The notes below the pieces were generated by a model. That model was given only the letters and a program-made list of their open reading frames with translations, had not been told where the DNA came from and made no database searches. From Neophaeotheca triangularis (Eukaryota): DNA of 64,000 nucleotides. Shown piece by piece: positions 1-11,391 of this stretch. Position 1 is the first letter of the stretch; each line of letters starts with the position of its first letter. Both the position numbers and the translations under genes were made by a program. The DNA lies in assembly GCA_054600435.1 (NCBI GenBank), contig BAAIJX010000008.1:186001-250000 (forward strand), in the 5' to 3' direction.

Positions 1-2
1 TT

Positions 3-3000
3 AAAGGCCCGGAATTGCCGAGTGTGGTCGAGCAGGAGTTTGAGGAGTTGGATCGGAGGGATTATAAGAGGGTCAGGCGGAGATCTGGGGGCCGGGTCGG
101 AGATGGGGTAGAGAGGGGTGCATCTGCTTCACGAAAGGCTCCTGCAGCAGCACTGCACGCCACAAGACGACCCGGCGCAGCGAGCATTGCTAGAGAAGAG
201 CGAGTGAAAGATAACCATGACACGGAGGTACGACAGCGAACTTCCATCCGTAGCCATGGTAGTGAGGATGGGGCAGGCCAGTCTTTGGTCAGGGGCTATC
301 GGACTCGATCTTTTTGGCGCTCGGGAGCTTTGCATGGCGGCCATGACAAGCCCGGCATGGAAATACAGAATCCGAGCTCAGATGCGATCAATCAGGATGT
401 GAGTGTCTTCCTCCGGCAGAAGAAACATGAGAAGAGTGGGCACGTTGCTGCCAATCTCCTCGAACTCGCCCTCCATCACGGATCCGCCAATTGGTCGGAA
501 TCAATGCTAGCTTTCTACCTCATGAATGCGGAAAATGACGGTACCATTGCCGACAGGGATTTCCATGACGTTGTCCGCTATACCATGTCGACTGCCTTGG
601 CTCAAAGCGCGTCTAGAACCGAAGAAGAATTTAATCGACTGTTGGATATCATCTTCGCTTCACAGAAGTTTGCACGATTCTCTGAATTGCGTCGGGTCAA
701 ATTGCTGATCCAAGCCGGATCTGAGGCTGCCAGCCGTGCCGTGTCGTGCGAGGCTTTCCGTCGTGCCCTCAACGATGTGGACGTCGGAATGCTCGATGCT
801 TCCGTAGAGACAACTTGTCGTCGGCTGGTGCTGAACGGGAAAGTTGCCCGTGCTACCGATTTGGCAATCAACATTCACGAACGCACATTGTTGTCGGGGC
901 ACGTACTTGACGATGTGTTCACAGCAGCTTTGACGCAGCGCAACGCTTCTTGTGCTTGGCGAGTATTGTCGTGCAAGCAAAGACGGGGCCAGGCGAATAT
1001 GACTGAATGGGACGACATGCTCGAGCTGTGCCAAAAGACGGGGGCTCATGACATGCTGTCAAAGGATATTGAACGAAAATCTGCCACTGGCGCTGAGTGG
1101 GATACCATTATCGCATTCTGCAGTCGTATTGAGGCTCAAGACCTGCTGGTGAAGATCATTGCTCATGCTTACGACATCGGACCCGCGCACCGGCGCAAGA
1201 AGGCCGCACATGGTGTGTTTCCAGCGGGCGAGCTTCGACAGGAAAGCTATGTGGTCCTGGCACGAGCTTGTATTACTGCGGAACCTATGATCGACAAACG
1301 GATTTTCATCGATATCTTTCGCAGACTGCCGCACAGCATGCGCGATACTGTCATTGACTCTAGCAGCGCTGCGATTACTAGAGAGTTGAGCGCCGTCTGG
1401 ACCTCTACTCGCAACTTCACTACCGCTCTCAACCTAAGTCGTAACCGTATCAACCAATTGCGAGCACGTGGAAGCGAGGAGGCCGTAGTCAAAGTACGCG
1501 TTGCGTTGGTTGATCTATTACTGAGTGCTGGCAAGGTTGCTCCTGCTCAGCGATTGCTTTCGGTGCTACATGCCGGCAAGAGAGCGGATCGTCATGTCGG
1601 CGGTCTTGCGGCGGTCTCTTTTGCTAGAAAGAAAGACTGGGCATCGCTGGAAAGGCTCTTCGAAATCATGCAACGCGAGGGTCGACTGCTCTCAAGCCCA
1701 GATCTACGGCGGCACTTCAATCGAGTTCTATGTCTCTACGCGAGTGAACACTCGGCGGATGAGTTGCTTGTATTGTCGACAAGATTGACCACGAAGCTGG
1801 GTTTCAAAGCAGATATGGCGACCAACACCATCATGCTGCAAGCCTTTGCGAAAAGCCAACGTCTGGATCTCATAAACGCTTGGTCTGCCAACGTGCGGCA
1901 AACGTCCCCGGGGCTGCAATCTTCGTCGCGGACGGCGGCCGAAGTGCTCAAGGCATACTACCTCCAACACAGACCTTCGCACGTCCTAGTCATGTGGTAC
2001 TGTCGCAACCTGGCAAATGCGTCTCCGCTTCTTGCCGGAGACGGTTCGGAGTATGTTCAGCTTGTTAGGGAGGCCATTGCTTACGATATGCGAAAGGCGC
2101 GCGGTCGTGATGTAACGTGGAAACGGGAAAAAGCAAGGCAACGTCTGGATTTGTTGGGCGAGACCAAAGAGACTGGCATCATCCCCAACCCTGGATATCG
2201 TGTGGATAAACGGATCGTGTTTCCGCAGATGGACAATCACCGTGAAGAGATACTTTCGAAGGGTGTTGCTGTTGAACCCCGGCAGGGGCTGGATCAGCAC
2301 TCCGCCTCACACAGTGTTTTCGAAGAAAGTCGCCAAAATTTGAGCGCGGAAGATTTCATCGAACATCCTGTCGGCTCCGGTATAGACGAAAAGACCCCTC
2401 GGATGCCTGCTGAGAGGGAAGAGGCGCGGATCGACTCTCGGTCTTTCCAGGGAGTCGACGAAGGCTACAGTTCCGCTGATAGCACAAAGTCCGGCTTGGA
2501 GTATGGCGTGGGCATGCTTGACGATATTCGGAGAGACGGTTTCGACCCCACACAGCTTGGACTGGAGTCCGAAGACGGTATCGATTTTGACCTACCAACG
2601 TTCGCTGAATTCTCAGAGGTGCGCGATGCGAACGGATTGCAACCCAAGGGTCTGGACCGCGATGTGACCCATCGTGAACGGGACATGATTCTCGCGCTAT
2701 CTGCCTCTGACAATGCCGCTGCTTTGTCTGTGTATGAGCAGATGCTCGATGCGGTCGGTTTGCCAGCAACACCACTTGCACTCGAGGTCGCGGTTGAGGC
2801 ATCCCTACGGCTACACAAAGGCGATTCTTCCCACGCCGAAGAAATCATGCAAAGGGCACACGACGCCGGATTCAACGTCACTTGCGCCATGGCTCCACTT
2901 CTAATCCACAAGATGTACCACACGCGCGAGCTCACGCAGGAGGGATTGGGAAAGATGATCAACATGACTTCCGAGTACTACCGTGTCAACGAGGAGAATG

Positions 3001-3509
3001 GTTGGCCGACCAGGCACCATGTCGCGGTCACCGCCGCGAACATCCTCATCAACCGACACCGGCCGCTCGAAGGGCTCAAACTGCTGAGCAACATCTCCAG
3101 TTCGCAGTGGGTCAAGGACAAGGCCATGCCGATAGAAGCGCTAACGGTGTACATCAAAGGCTACACGGTCGTGGGCAAAATCGACGGCGTCAAATGGGCC
3201 GTCAGCACGGTGCTGGACTCGGACATGCGCATCGACACCATCTTCCTCACCACTTTGAAACTCTGCGTCAAGAGAATCTCCGCCGACAAGAGGATGCCGA
3301 CACCCGATAGCAAGCTGCTGTCTTTGTTGGACCACCTTTACGACAAATGCAGGGCGAAGTACCGAAAGCAGAGGATCGAAAGCAAAAAATTCGGAAGGCA
3401 GTTGGTCGGTTCTTTGGTGTATTGGGCGAAAAGGGACGACCGTTTATCCGAGCAATTGCCATCGTCTACCACTACCAACCAGGACTTGCTGGCCAAGCCG
3501 GTGAATTGA
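3..3509 (+). CDS. Large alpha-helical repeat (PPR-like) protein, probably mitochondrial; 5' end lies before the window
   Basis: 1164-aa ORF whose frame is open back to the window edge. PPR-like helical segments (e.g. ADMATNTIMLQAFAKSQRLD, ALTVYIKGYTVVGKIDGVKWAV). Family call is by resemblance only. Confidence 0.6.
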   Translation, partial: KGPELPSVVEQEFEELDRRDYKRVRRRSGGRVGDGVERGASASRKAPAAALHATRRPGAASIAREERVKDNHDTEVRQRTSIRSHGSEDGAGQSLVRGYRTRSFWRSGALHGGHDKPGMEIQNPSSDAINQDVSVFLRQKKHEKSGHVAANLLELALHHGSANWSESMLAFYLMNAENDGTIADRDFHDVVRYTMSTALAQSASRTEEEFNRLLDIIFASQKFARFSELRRVKLLIQAGSEAASRAVSCEAFRRALNDVDVGMLDASVETTCRRLVLNGKVARATDLAINIHERTLLSGHVLDDVFTAALTQRNASCAWRVLSCKQRRGQANMTEWDDMLELCQKTGAHDMLSKDIERKSATGAEWDTIIAFCSRIEAQDLLVKIIAHAYDIGPAHRRKKAAHGVFPAGELRQESYVVLARACITAEPMIDKRIFIDIFRRLPHSMRDTVIDSSSAAITRELSAVWTSTRNFTTALNLSRNRINQLRARGSEEAVVKVRVALVDLLLSAGKVAPAQRLLSVLHAGKRADRHVGGLAAVSFARKKDWASLERLFEIMQREGRLLSSPDLRRHFNRVLCLYASEHSADELLVLSTRLTTKLGFKADMATNTIMLQAFAKSQRLDLINAWSANVRQTSPGLQSSSRTAAEVLKAYYLQHRPSHVLVMWYCRNLANASPLLAGDGSEYVQLVREAIAYDMRKARGRDVTWKREKARQRLDLLGETKETGIIPNPGYRVDKRIVFPQMDNHREEILSKGVAVEPRQGLDQHSASHSVFEESRQNLSAEDFIEHPVGSGIDEKTPRMPAEREEARIDSRSFQGVDEGYSSADSTKSGLEYGVGMLDDIRRDGFDPTQLGLESEDGIDFDLPTFAEFSEVRDANGLQPKGLDRDVTHRERDMILALSASDNAAALSVYEQMLDAVGLPATPLALEVAVEASLRLHKGDSSHAEEIMQRAHDAGFNVTCAMAPLLIHKMYHTRELTQEGLGKMINMTSEYYRVNEENGWPTRHHVAVTAANILINRHRPLEGLKLLSNISSSQWVKDKAMPIEALTVYIKGYTVVGKIDGVKWAVSTVLDSDMRIDTIFLTTLKLCVKRISADKRMPTPDSKLLSLLDHLYDKCRAKYRKQRIESKKFGRQLVGSLVYWAKRDDRLSEQLPSSTTTNQDLLAKPVN

Positions 3510-5047
3510 TTGCTAGGAGATTGGCGAGTAATATGGCGTTGAACTCGGTGGTCCTGTTTGCACGCATGGGAGCAATTGCATTGCATAGCGTGGAGTTGGA
3601 GGGTTTCCCTGCTGGGTAATTGGTGAAATGTAGAGAATTACTAGTCTGTTGTTCCATGTATATTTGGCCATGTCCACGGTCCCGCAGCCTGACAACTATT
3701 CGGCAGCTGATGTCTCGTGCTAGGTAGGTAATCAGCCTAGGGTCGGCCAAGGCATGTCGGGTGCTACTTGTCGGTGAATTTAAAGAGGCTGCAAAGGTCA
3801 CGCGGGCTCACTACCTACCTACCTAGTGTGTGCTATGGGCGGCAAAGTCAACCCCCCCCCCCACGCTTCTCCTTACGGGTCTACTTCGGCCGCCAGAAGC
3901 TAGCTCATGGTAGGTCAGGTAGGTAGGTACAGTATTTGAAAGATGATTGCGCGTATCGGCGGCGAAAAGAGAGGCAGAGCCGCAGAGATGGCTCTTGGTA
4001 GTCAGTATGGTCTAGTCTGGAGTAGGGAACTGAAGGTAGGTAGGTACCTAGGAGGAGGTACTATGCAACGAGCTTGAGTAGATATGGAGGTAGGTGGAGG
4101 TGGTCGAGCTTGAGGGAGGGTCTGACGACGATGGAGAGGTGTCCGGTAACGGAGGGGGCCGTCGTCCAGGGTCTCTCTTCACAGCGATATGATTGATGCA
4201 TCATGCAGGGTTCGTGACAAGGTACCTAACGTTACTAGTATATATACTACCTTAGTAATGGCGCGCATACCTCGCTTTATCGTAAAACGAGTCAACAACG
4301 ACATGAGCACACCCAAGGAAGGTTATCTCTCCAGCTTCCTCCATACCACTAGCATCGCTAGCCTATCTTACCTTACGCTTTGTTACCTCCCACCTCCACC
4401 GACTCGTGCGTGCGTGGACCCGTGATAGCTACGCTCCGCCCTGATAGCCCGGTCCCACTCCGACTGCTGCCGATACTAGTATCTCCCCTCGCTCCCACCA
4501 TGATAACTGACAGTAGCCATACTACTAGTATATACGCATCCGTCCGGCTGAGGCTGGACGAGAAACATGTAACCCGACTTAATAACAACGTCAAGTTCAA
4601 GCGACGGCGAGGCAGTGCTGTTGCTCGTTCTTCTGTCCCATTACCCTACACTCCAGAGCATCTCCCTCCATCTCAGTCTGGGCATGGACTTGGTAAGCGC
4701 CCCATGGCTCTCTTTTACAATATAACAATATACACACACATTCCCGGCAGAGGCTTGGGTCATCATCAAAACAACCTTGACCCTTGGAATCTGTAACGAC
4801 ATCGGCTCTCCCGGCCGGCGGTGTGTGACAACAAAACCCGTGCAGAGTCATCCCCCAAAGCAACGCGTGACCGGCCTCATCACCGCCCCCTCCGTCTCAT
4901 CCTCTCAGATGATTCTCATCTTTGCTGACCCGGAGCCTACTCGTGACTCTCCACTGGACCGGCTTGATCTAGATAACTCTCAACCGGGGAATCAACGCTC
5001 TTGCTTACCATGTCCCACGCAGCTATTGAGGCACACATACATCCACC

Positions 5048-7918
5048 ATGCCCCGTTCCTTAGCCTCCCACTACAGTCTCACCCCGAGCCTCGAGTATAC
5101 CGACGAAGATGACGAAAGCAACGACCTCCACGATGCCGAATCCCTCGCCGCTCACAACGCCTATCGAAACCGATATCAAAGCAGAACCGTCCCGACATCC
5201 CCCGTAGAAACGAGACGAACGGCCTCCACCAGAGCCTCTGACCTCGACCTTCGAAGCCGCATGCCTTTACGCTTACCACTCGACGAAACAGACGGCTTGC
5301 TCGCCCATGCCGAAGGATTGACTGACTATCGAGCAGCATCGTCTACAGCACCGGGCACGCCTCGACACCGCTTCAGCAGGCAACACAGCTACGACGGCCG
5401 CAGCGTCAGACGCAACCATAGCCGGCATGGCTCGCTCGGTCTACGCTTGGCTAGAGCATTAGGCACCGATCCCAACGAGACCGACCCTGGTGGCCCTCCA
5501 CCGCCATCCGCAAGACCTTCAATATACTTCGATGATAGGGTGTGGTACGATCAGTTCACGAGCACTGACTGGGTTCATGATAGCATAGCAGATGCCTACC
5601 GTGTCAAAGAGCTGAGGAGTAGAAAAGACTTTAGGGGGAGATTGTCGGCCTTTTTCGACGGCGCTCAAGGATGGATCTTGGTCGCTATCATTGGTTGTGT
5701 GACGGCGGGCTTCGCATACATGATCGATATCAGTGAGTCGACCATCTTCGACTTCAAGACGGGGTACTGCAAAAAGAGTTGGTGGTACAACAAGAAGAGA
5801 TGCTGCGACGGCGCTAGTGTCTGTGACGACTGGGCTCGCTGGTCTGGCGTGGCTCATGTTGAGGGGAATCAAAGACTGTGGTCCGACTTTGTCGTTTACG
5901 TCGGTTGGGTGGTGTTGTTGGCCACGCTGGCTTGTCTCGTGACTCTGCAGACCAAGACTACCATCTCTTCTGCCATTTCCTTGTCAACTTTGGATGAAAA
6001 CCTAGGGGCGGAGCACCACCGGCGAACAGATTCTGCGCATCTCGAACGAAAATCCTCGCCATCTCGTCGGTATGAGGAAGCTTCAAAACGACCTCCTACC
6101 ACTTACTACCCGGCTGCTGCCTCTGGTGTTGCTGAGGTCAAAGTCATCTTGTCTGGATATATTATACATCAGTTCCTCGGCTTGCGGACTCTCGTGTGCA
6201 AAACCATCGGTCTCGTGCTGTCAGTCGCTTCGGGTCTGTCCATTGGCAAAGAAGGCCCGTATGTCCACATCGCGACGTGCATCGGCAATATCGCCTGCCG
6301 TCTTTTCAGCAAATACAACCACAACGACGGCAAGCGCAGAGAGGTCCTCGCAGCTTCCGCAGCTTCTGGCGTGGCTGTAGCATTTGGCGCTCCGATTGGT
6401 GGTGTGCTCTTCAGCCTGGAAGAAGTCAGCTATTACTTCCCACCCAAGACTTTGTTCAGGACCTTCTTCTGCTGCATTGTCTCTGCCCTCTCGCTGCGTT
6501 TTCTAAACCCCTATGGCACTGGCAAAATTGTACTCTTCGAGGTGCGCTATCTCGTCGACTGGAAATTGTTCGAGATTGTCGTGTTCGCCTTCCTCGGGGT
6601 ATTGGGTGGTGCTACTGGGGCTTTCTTCATCAAGGCGAGCGGATTGTGGGCTAGGACGTTTCGAAAAATGCCCGTTATCAAAAAGTATCCGATTGTTGAA
6701 GTGATGATAGTCGCATTAGTGACGGGGATCCTCAGCTTCTGGAATCGCTACACCCGGGCCCCTGTGGCTGAGCTCTTGTACGAACTCGCCGCTCCTTGTG
6801 ACGCTTTCACTGATGTCGGCGTCGGGCTTTGTCCCGCGGAAGAGAGGATACCCGAAGTCATCTGGTATCTGTGCGTCGCCTTCGTTATCAAGGCTTTCTT
6901 GACGACGGTCGCGTTTGGGATCAAGGTACCTGCTGGTATATACGTCCCTTCCATGGTCGTTGGTGGTCTGCTTGGTCGTATCGTTGGACACGCAGTACAA
7001 TACATCACTCTGCGTTATCCCGACTTTGGCCTGTTCGCCAGCTGTCCCGCAGATGGTAACCCCGAGTCGTGCGTCGTTCCAGGCGTCTACGCTCTGGTCG
7101 CCGCCGGAGCGACAATGTGCGGAGTAACTCGCCTCTCCGTCACCCTAGCAGTCATCCTCCTAGAACTAACCGGCAGCCTCGAGCACGTCCTCCCCTTTTC
7201 CCTGGGCGTGCTGATAGCCAAGTGGACCGCCGACGCCATCGAACCTTACAGCATCTACGACCTCCTCCTCGACATGAACTCCTACCCCTACCTCGACTCG
7301 AAAGAACGCCCCGTCTTCACCACCGACCTCGGCGACATCACCCCGAAACCCAACCACCACCGCACCATCGACATCTCCTCCTCGCCCCTCGTCCCCGCCC
7401 GCGAACTCCGCTCCAAACTCGAATACCTCCACATGGCCGGCGAACTCGACGGCGGACTCCCCATCCTCCGCGACGGCATCCTCGCCGGCCTCATCCCGGC
7501 CCCAGATCTCGAATACGCCCTCGACAACCTCGGCGCCGCGGAAGAAGGCGCGCTATGCCTCATGTCCCCGGGCTCGCAATGGCAAGGCCCTGGTACCGGC
7601 GTCGCGGGAGGAAACTCCCACGCCACGACCTCGCAACCGCCCGCCCTCGACGCCAGCATCGACGTCGACGGTGCCAACGAAGCTTCGTCTCCTCAGCAGC
7701 CCCTCGACAAGGACCCTACAGATTTCACCCCTTATATCGATCCCGCTCCTGTCGCTCTCGATATCTGCAGCCCCATGGATTTGGTTTTTGAGTGTTTTGT
7801 TAAACTCGGTTTGCGGTATATTTGTGTCTTGAGGGAGGGCAGGTTCGCGGGTATGGTGCATAAAAAGGCTTTTGTTAGGGTTGTAAAGGATGCTCATAAG
7901 GGCGGGGTCGGGCATTGA
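5048..7918 (+). CDS. CLC-family chloride channel / Cl-/H+ antiporter (Gef1/ClC-3-like) with C-terminal CBS region
   Basis: 956 aa with GKEGP, GAPIGGVLFSLEE, GIKVPAGIYVP and YDQFTSTDWVHD motifs and many TM helices. Confidence 0.95.
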   Translation: MPRSLASHYSLTPSLEYTDEDDESNDLHDAESLAAHNAYRNRYQSRTVPTSPVETRRTASTRASDLDLRSRMPLRLPLDETDGLLAHAEGLTDYRAASSTAPGTPRHRFSRQHSYDGRSVRRNHSRHGSLGLRLARALGTDPNETDPGGPPPPSARPSIYFDDRVWYDQFTSTDWVHDSIADAYRVKELRSRKDFRGRLSAFFDGAQGWILVAIIGCVTAGFAYMIDISESTIFDFKTGYCKKSWWYNKKRCCDGASVCDDWARWSGVAHVEGNQRLWSDFVVYVGWVVLLATLACLVTLQTKTTISSAISLSTLDENLGAEHHRRTDSAHLERKSSPSRRYEEASKRPPTTYYPAAASGVAEVKVILSGYIIHQFLGLRTLVCKTIGLVLSVASGLSIGKEGPYVHIATCIGNIACRLFSKYNHNDGKRREVLAASAASGVAVAFGAPIGGVLFSLEEVSYYFPPKTLFRTFFCCIVSALSLRFLNPYGTGKIVLFEVRYLVDWKLFEIVVFAFLGVLGGATGAFFIKASGLWARTFRKMPVIKKYPIVEVMIVALVTGILSFWNRYTRAPVAELLYELAAPCDAFTDVGVGLCPAEERIPEVIWYLCVAFVIKAFLTTVAFGIKVPAGIYVPSMVVGGLLGRIVGHAVQYITLRYPDFGLFASCPADGNPESCVVPGVYALVAAGATMCGVTRLSVTLAVILLELTGSLEHVLPFSLGVLIAKWTADAIEPYSIYDLLLDMNSYPYLDSKERPVFTTDLGDITPKPNHHRTIDISSSPLVPARELRSKLEYLHMAGELDGGLPILRDGILAGLIPAPDLEYALDNLGAAEEGALCLMSPGSQWQGPGTGVAGGNSHATTSQPPALDASIDVDGANEASSPQQPLDKDPTDFTPYIDPAPVALDICSPMDLVFECFVKLGLRYICVLREGRFAGMVHKKAFVRVVKDAHKGGVGH

Positions 7919-10231
7919 GGGGTTAGTTTTGTTTTCCCGCCTTCTCGTTCTTGGTGGGGGTTTTTGAGGGGCGATAGAGGAGGTGGAGTGGAAAGAGGGG
8001 GGTGAAACTGTGGTGGATGATGGGGTGGCAGTGTTTTCGAAGTTGCGAGATCGTGGGAGTGGGAGTGGGAGTCGTGATGATGGTGGTGGGGAGTGCAGCT
8101 GTGACTCACTGTAGCTGCCTCACGGTGGTTCGGTGGAGAAAGTCTTGGAAGAAACGGCAGCAAATGGTGGTTGAAGGAGGTTTCCCTTCCGCTTCCGGCC
8201 TTCTATGCTTGTTTCGTGGCGATACACCAGCATTGGCGTTGTGGATGAAGCGTTTTGGTAGAGAGACGACTTACTTTAAGAGAATGTGGGGCTCCTATGA
8301 CCTGAAGGCCGTTTTCAAGCATTTGGGGGATTTCTTCCTAAAATCGAGTGAGTGTTCTGGGAAGCAGTCTTTCGTTCAGGTATGTTTGTTGTTTGGCTGT
8401 TATTGAGATTTCTTCAAGCAAGCAAGTCACCTGAAAGCGCGGTTCTCGCGGCAAGGATTACAGTCTAGTAGGTATAACGAATCGGCATGCAAAACTGTAA
8501 GGCGCGCGCATTACAATCCAGTCTCCGCAACGATAGGTCTTCAACCCCAGTTTGTCCTCGACTTTTATATACACGCCATCTTGGTTCGGCAACGTGTCGA
8601 TTCCTATATTCGTTTCCGGACCGGTGCCTCCTCGCAGCATTATTGAAGGAGGAAAGATGTCCATTTTGAAATCTGAAACCGGGCCGTCCTCTTCCATACC
8701 TACGATCCGCGGCAATCGGATTCGTCCTGGTAGGGAGGGAAAGGGTCTGGCATTTTTGTTCGGCCTGGGGGAGGCTCGCGAGTGTTGGATGAAGGCCTCG
8801 TTGGATGCTGGGCTGGCTGTTGAGAGGTCTCTGGTCGAGTGGTGCTGCGGATGGATGGCGGGGAAAGGGTGTGTTCATTGTTCTGTTGCTACGGGATACT
8901 GGCTACGGTAGTTTCTGAGGATGGACGTCTGAGGAGCGTCGGAATACGACGGTATCCTGTTGGATATAGGGGGTAAGGTGGCTTATGATGAGGTGATGTT
9001 GGATGCCGTTGAGCAAAGAGGTAAGGTATGCCTTCTTGCTACGCTACGTCAACTTGACATCCATGCATCTTCCAGCATTCGATTCTTCTACTTACGGAAG
9101 TGAAGTTGAAGTGGGTCGCTACCTATTGCTACTCCAATACCTTAATCCAAGTGAAAGCACATTGGGTAAGGTAATAAGCAAAGTCCAAACCGTACCTTAC
9201 CATGCGCAAAGCAGTCATGGGTACCTAGAAGTTTCTTCTCCAGGACCTCGCGGTGAAGCGAGAGCATGATGAAAAAAAGAAAAGACTTGTTTCGCGTCCG
9301 CTAGAAGTAGTGCGATACCAGCGACACAATTGACCGTGAGTATGCGCAAGCACAGCGGCTCACGGTCGAGTGACAAAAATGGGAATAATCTTCAAAGGTC
9401 CCGTGGGACCGTTTCAGAGATTAAACTGAAAAGAACAGATACTACAATTTGATCAAAGCCAAAAGGCAAAGAGAGCTGGAGGAGAAGGAAGAGGAAAGGG
9501 AGAGGGAGGGGAGTGGAAGGGGAGCGTGGTTTTGTGTCTGCGAGCGAGGCCCGTGCGGGGGAGTTTTGGGTGACTCATCATCCTCCGGGAGAGCACTCAC
9601 GTGATGTGAGTCAGGAGCAGTCTGTAGGTTACCTTGGCTCGAGCTTGGGTTGATTCAGGGGTCAATTGATATTCAGAGCGAAACGACAATCATTGCTAAG
9701 TAATGGGAAATTGAATCCCTCCGGTCTCGACACAATCTTAGATATTGTGTAGTTACATATGTTTGTGGGATGGGCCGTGCTCTTTGCACACGTTACATGC
9801 GCGGACGTTCGACCACTCTTGGAAAAGCTCAATCAGCGCCGCTCTGCTTTCTGATGGATGGTCTGAGACTTGGAGAACGTACAGACTCAGCGCTCGGCTG
9901 GTCCGAGGGTCCAGCAACCTGGATTCATTGGCTTGATGGTCGGCAAAGGTGTGTAGTCCGCCCGAAGCAGCGTGTATCGGACGCCAGAGTGTGCTTGCTT
10001 TTTGGAAAGGGCTGAGAGCAGTGATGTGAATGCACGCGGCGTTGTTGCGGATATTGGGACAAGCCTCTTTCGCTAACGGTGTCGTTCAATGGTCGTATCT
10101 TGTTAGATCGGCAAGACTCCTGGTGCTTATCTTCTCCCTTTCAAAGTACCATAGCACGACCCATTCAACCTTCCAGTGGCTTGACAGCTATGCAAGCTTC
10201 TTTTGAAACTTGGCCTTGAACAATTGAACCC

Positions 10232-11011
10232 TCAGCGCACGTACTTGTCCATGAACTTGCGGTGAAAATCGCTTCGGAGCAAGTCGTTGACGAACCGCTT
10301 ATCCTTACCCTTCTCCTCCGTCCCACGCGCCTGATTCTTGAATACAACATCCTCGTCCCAGCGCCTCTTAACCCCATATTTCTTGGGGTTAAGCAGCGGA
10401 TTCCCCAACGCAATATCCTTTTCGCGCGCCTCCTCGTCCTTTTTCCTTTGCACCTCCGCTTCCTTCTCAGCGGCCTCTGCACGCTCAGCCTTGATGCGCA
10501 TCAATTCGCGCTGTAAAGCAGCAGACTCATCCTCATCATCCGAGTCCGAATCCGAGTCTGAGCTCTCCGAAGACGAACCATCACTGTCCTGATCCTCCTT
10601 GCGAAACTGCTCTTCTATCCTCCGCTTTTTCGTCTGATAATCCTCGTCGCCCTCAACCTCGCCCCCCGCATCTTTCCCTTCCTCATTCCCCACATCACTA
10701 GCCTTCCTCTTCACTCCCCCCTCACCTTCGATCAAAAGGGTCTCCTTGCCCGCTGCAGCCCCACCACTGACCCCATCCTCTTCGTCGTCGTCCTCGATCG
10801 CACGCCCTTCTTTGCTGGCGAAATGTCTGCGCTCGTTCCTCAAAAGCTCAGCTTTCAGATCACGCTTGGCCTGTTCCTGTGGAGTTCCTTGGTTCGCTTG
10901 ACGGTATTTGAGAGTCTTGTGAGCAGGCAGCAGACGTTGGTGGTAGGCTTCGCCGCGCGCGGCCTCTTTGCCGCGTGCTGGGTCGAATGTCGGCCTGTGG
11001 GCTGTGGTCAT
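10232..11011 (-). CDS. CWC15: Pre-mRNA splicing factor Cwc15/Cwf15
   Basis: N-terminal MTTAHRPTFDPARG; C-terminal VKRRWDEDVVFKNQARG...FVNDLLRSDFHRKFMDKYVR. Confidence 0.97.
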   Translation of the reverse strand: MTTAHRPTFDPARGKEAARGEAYHQRLLPAHKTLKYRQANQGTPQEQAKRDLKAELLRNERRHFASKEGRAIEDDDEEDGVSGGAAAGKETLLIEGEGGVKRKASDVGNEEGKDAGGEVEGDEDYQTKKRRIEEQFRKEDQDSDGSSSESSDSDSDSDDEDESAALQRELMRIKAERAEAAEKEAEVQRKKDEEAREKDIALGNPLLNPKKYGVKRRWDEDVVFKNQARGTEEKGKDKRFVNDLLRSDFHRKFMDKYVR

Positions 11012-11391
11012 GGTGGGCTAGAGAGGTAGTGGTTGTCTGTGATATCCGTGGAGTGTAGAGAGCAGTGCTTGTGTGCCTTTCGCGCTATCCCCTAGCGGAT
11101 TGAGCACTCATGCAGTAAAGTGGACGGTTAGATGGTGGAAGGAAGTTCAGTCGCGAATAGGCCAAACCCAAGCAAGCGGGTGACAGTAAAACAGGGCCAG
11201 TTCTTGGCGGATTCTACCACTTTGTATACTGTCCTTCGAGCTAAAGCTGGCCCCGTTTTACTGTCACCCGCTTGCCAAGTAGCTTCAGCCGAAAGTCTTG
11301 GCATAAATCTCAAATTTGACGTCAGCCTACCCATCGACTTCACCTTCAGACCATTCGATGAACGCGACGAAAGTATGAAGCCGTAGCAACA

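Noticed and set aside
3700..4560. TA-rich patches as RIP-decayed transposon
   Set aside because: No terminal repeats or transposase remnants; better explained as simple repeats
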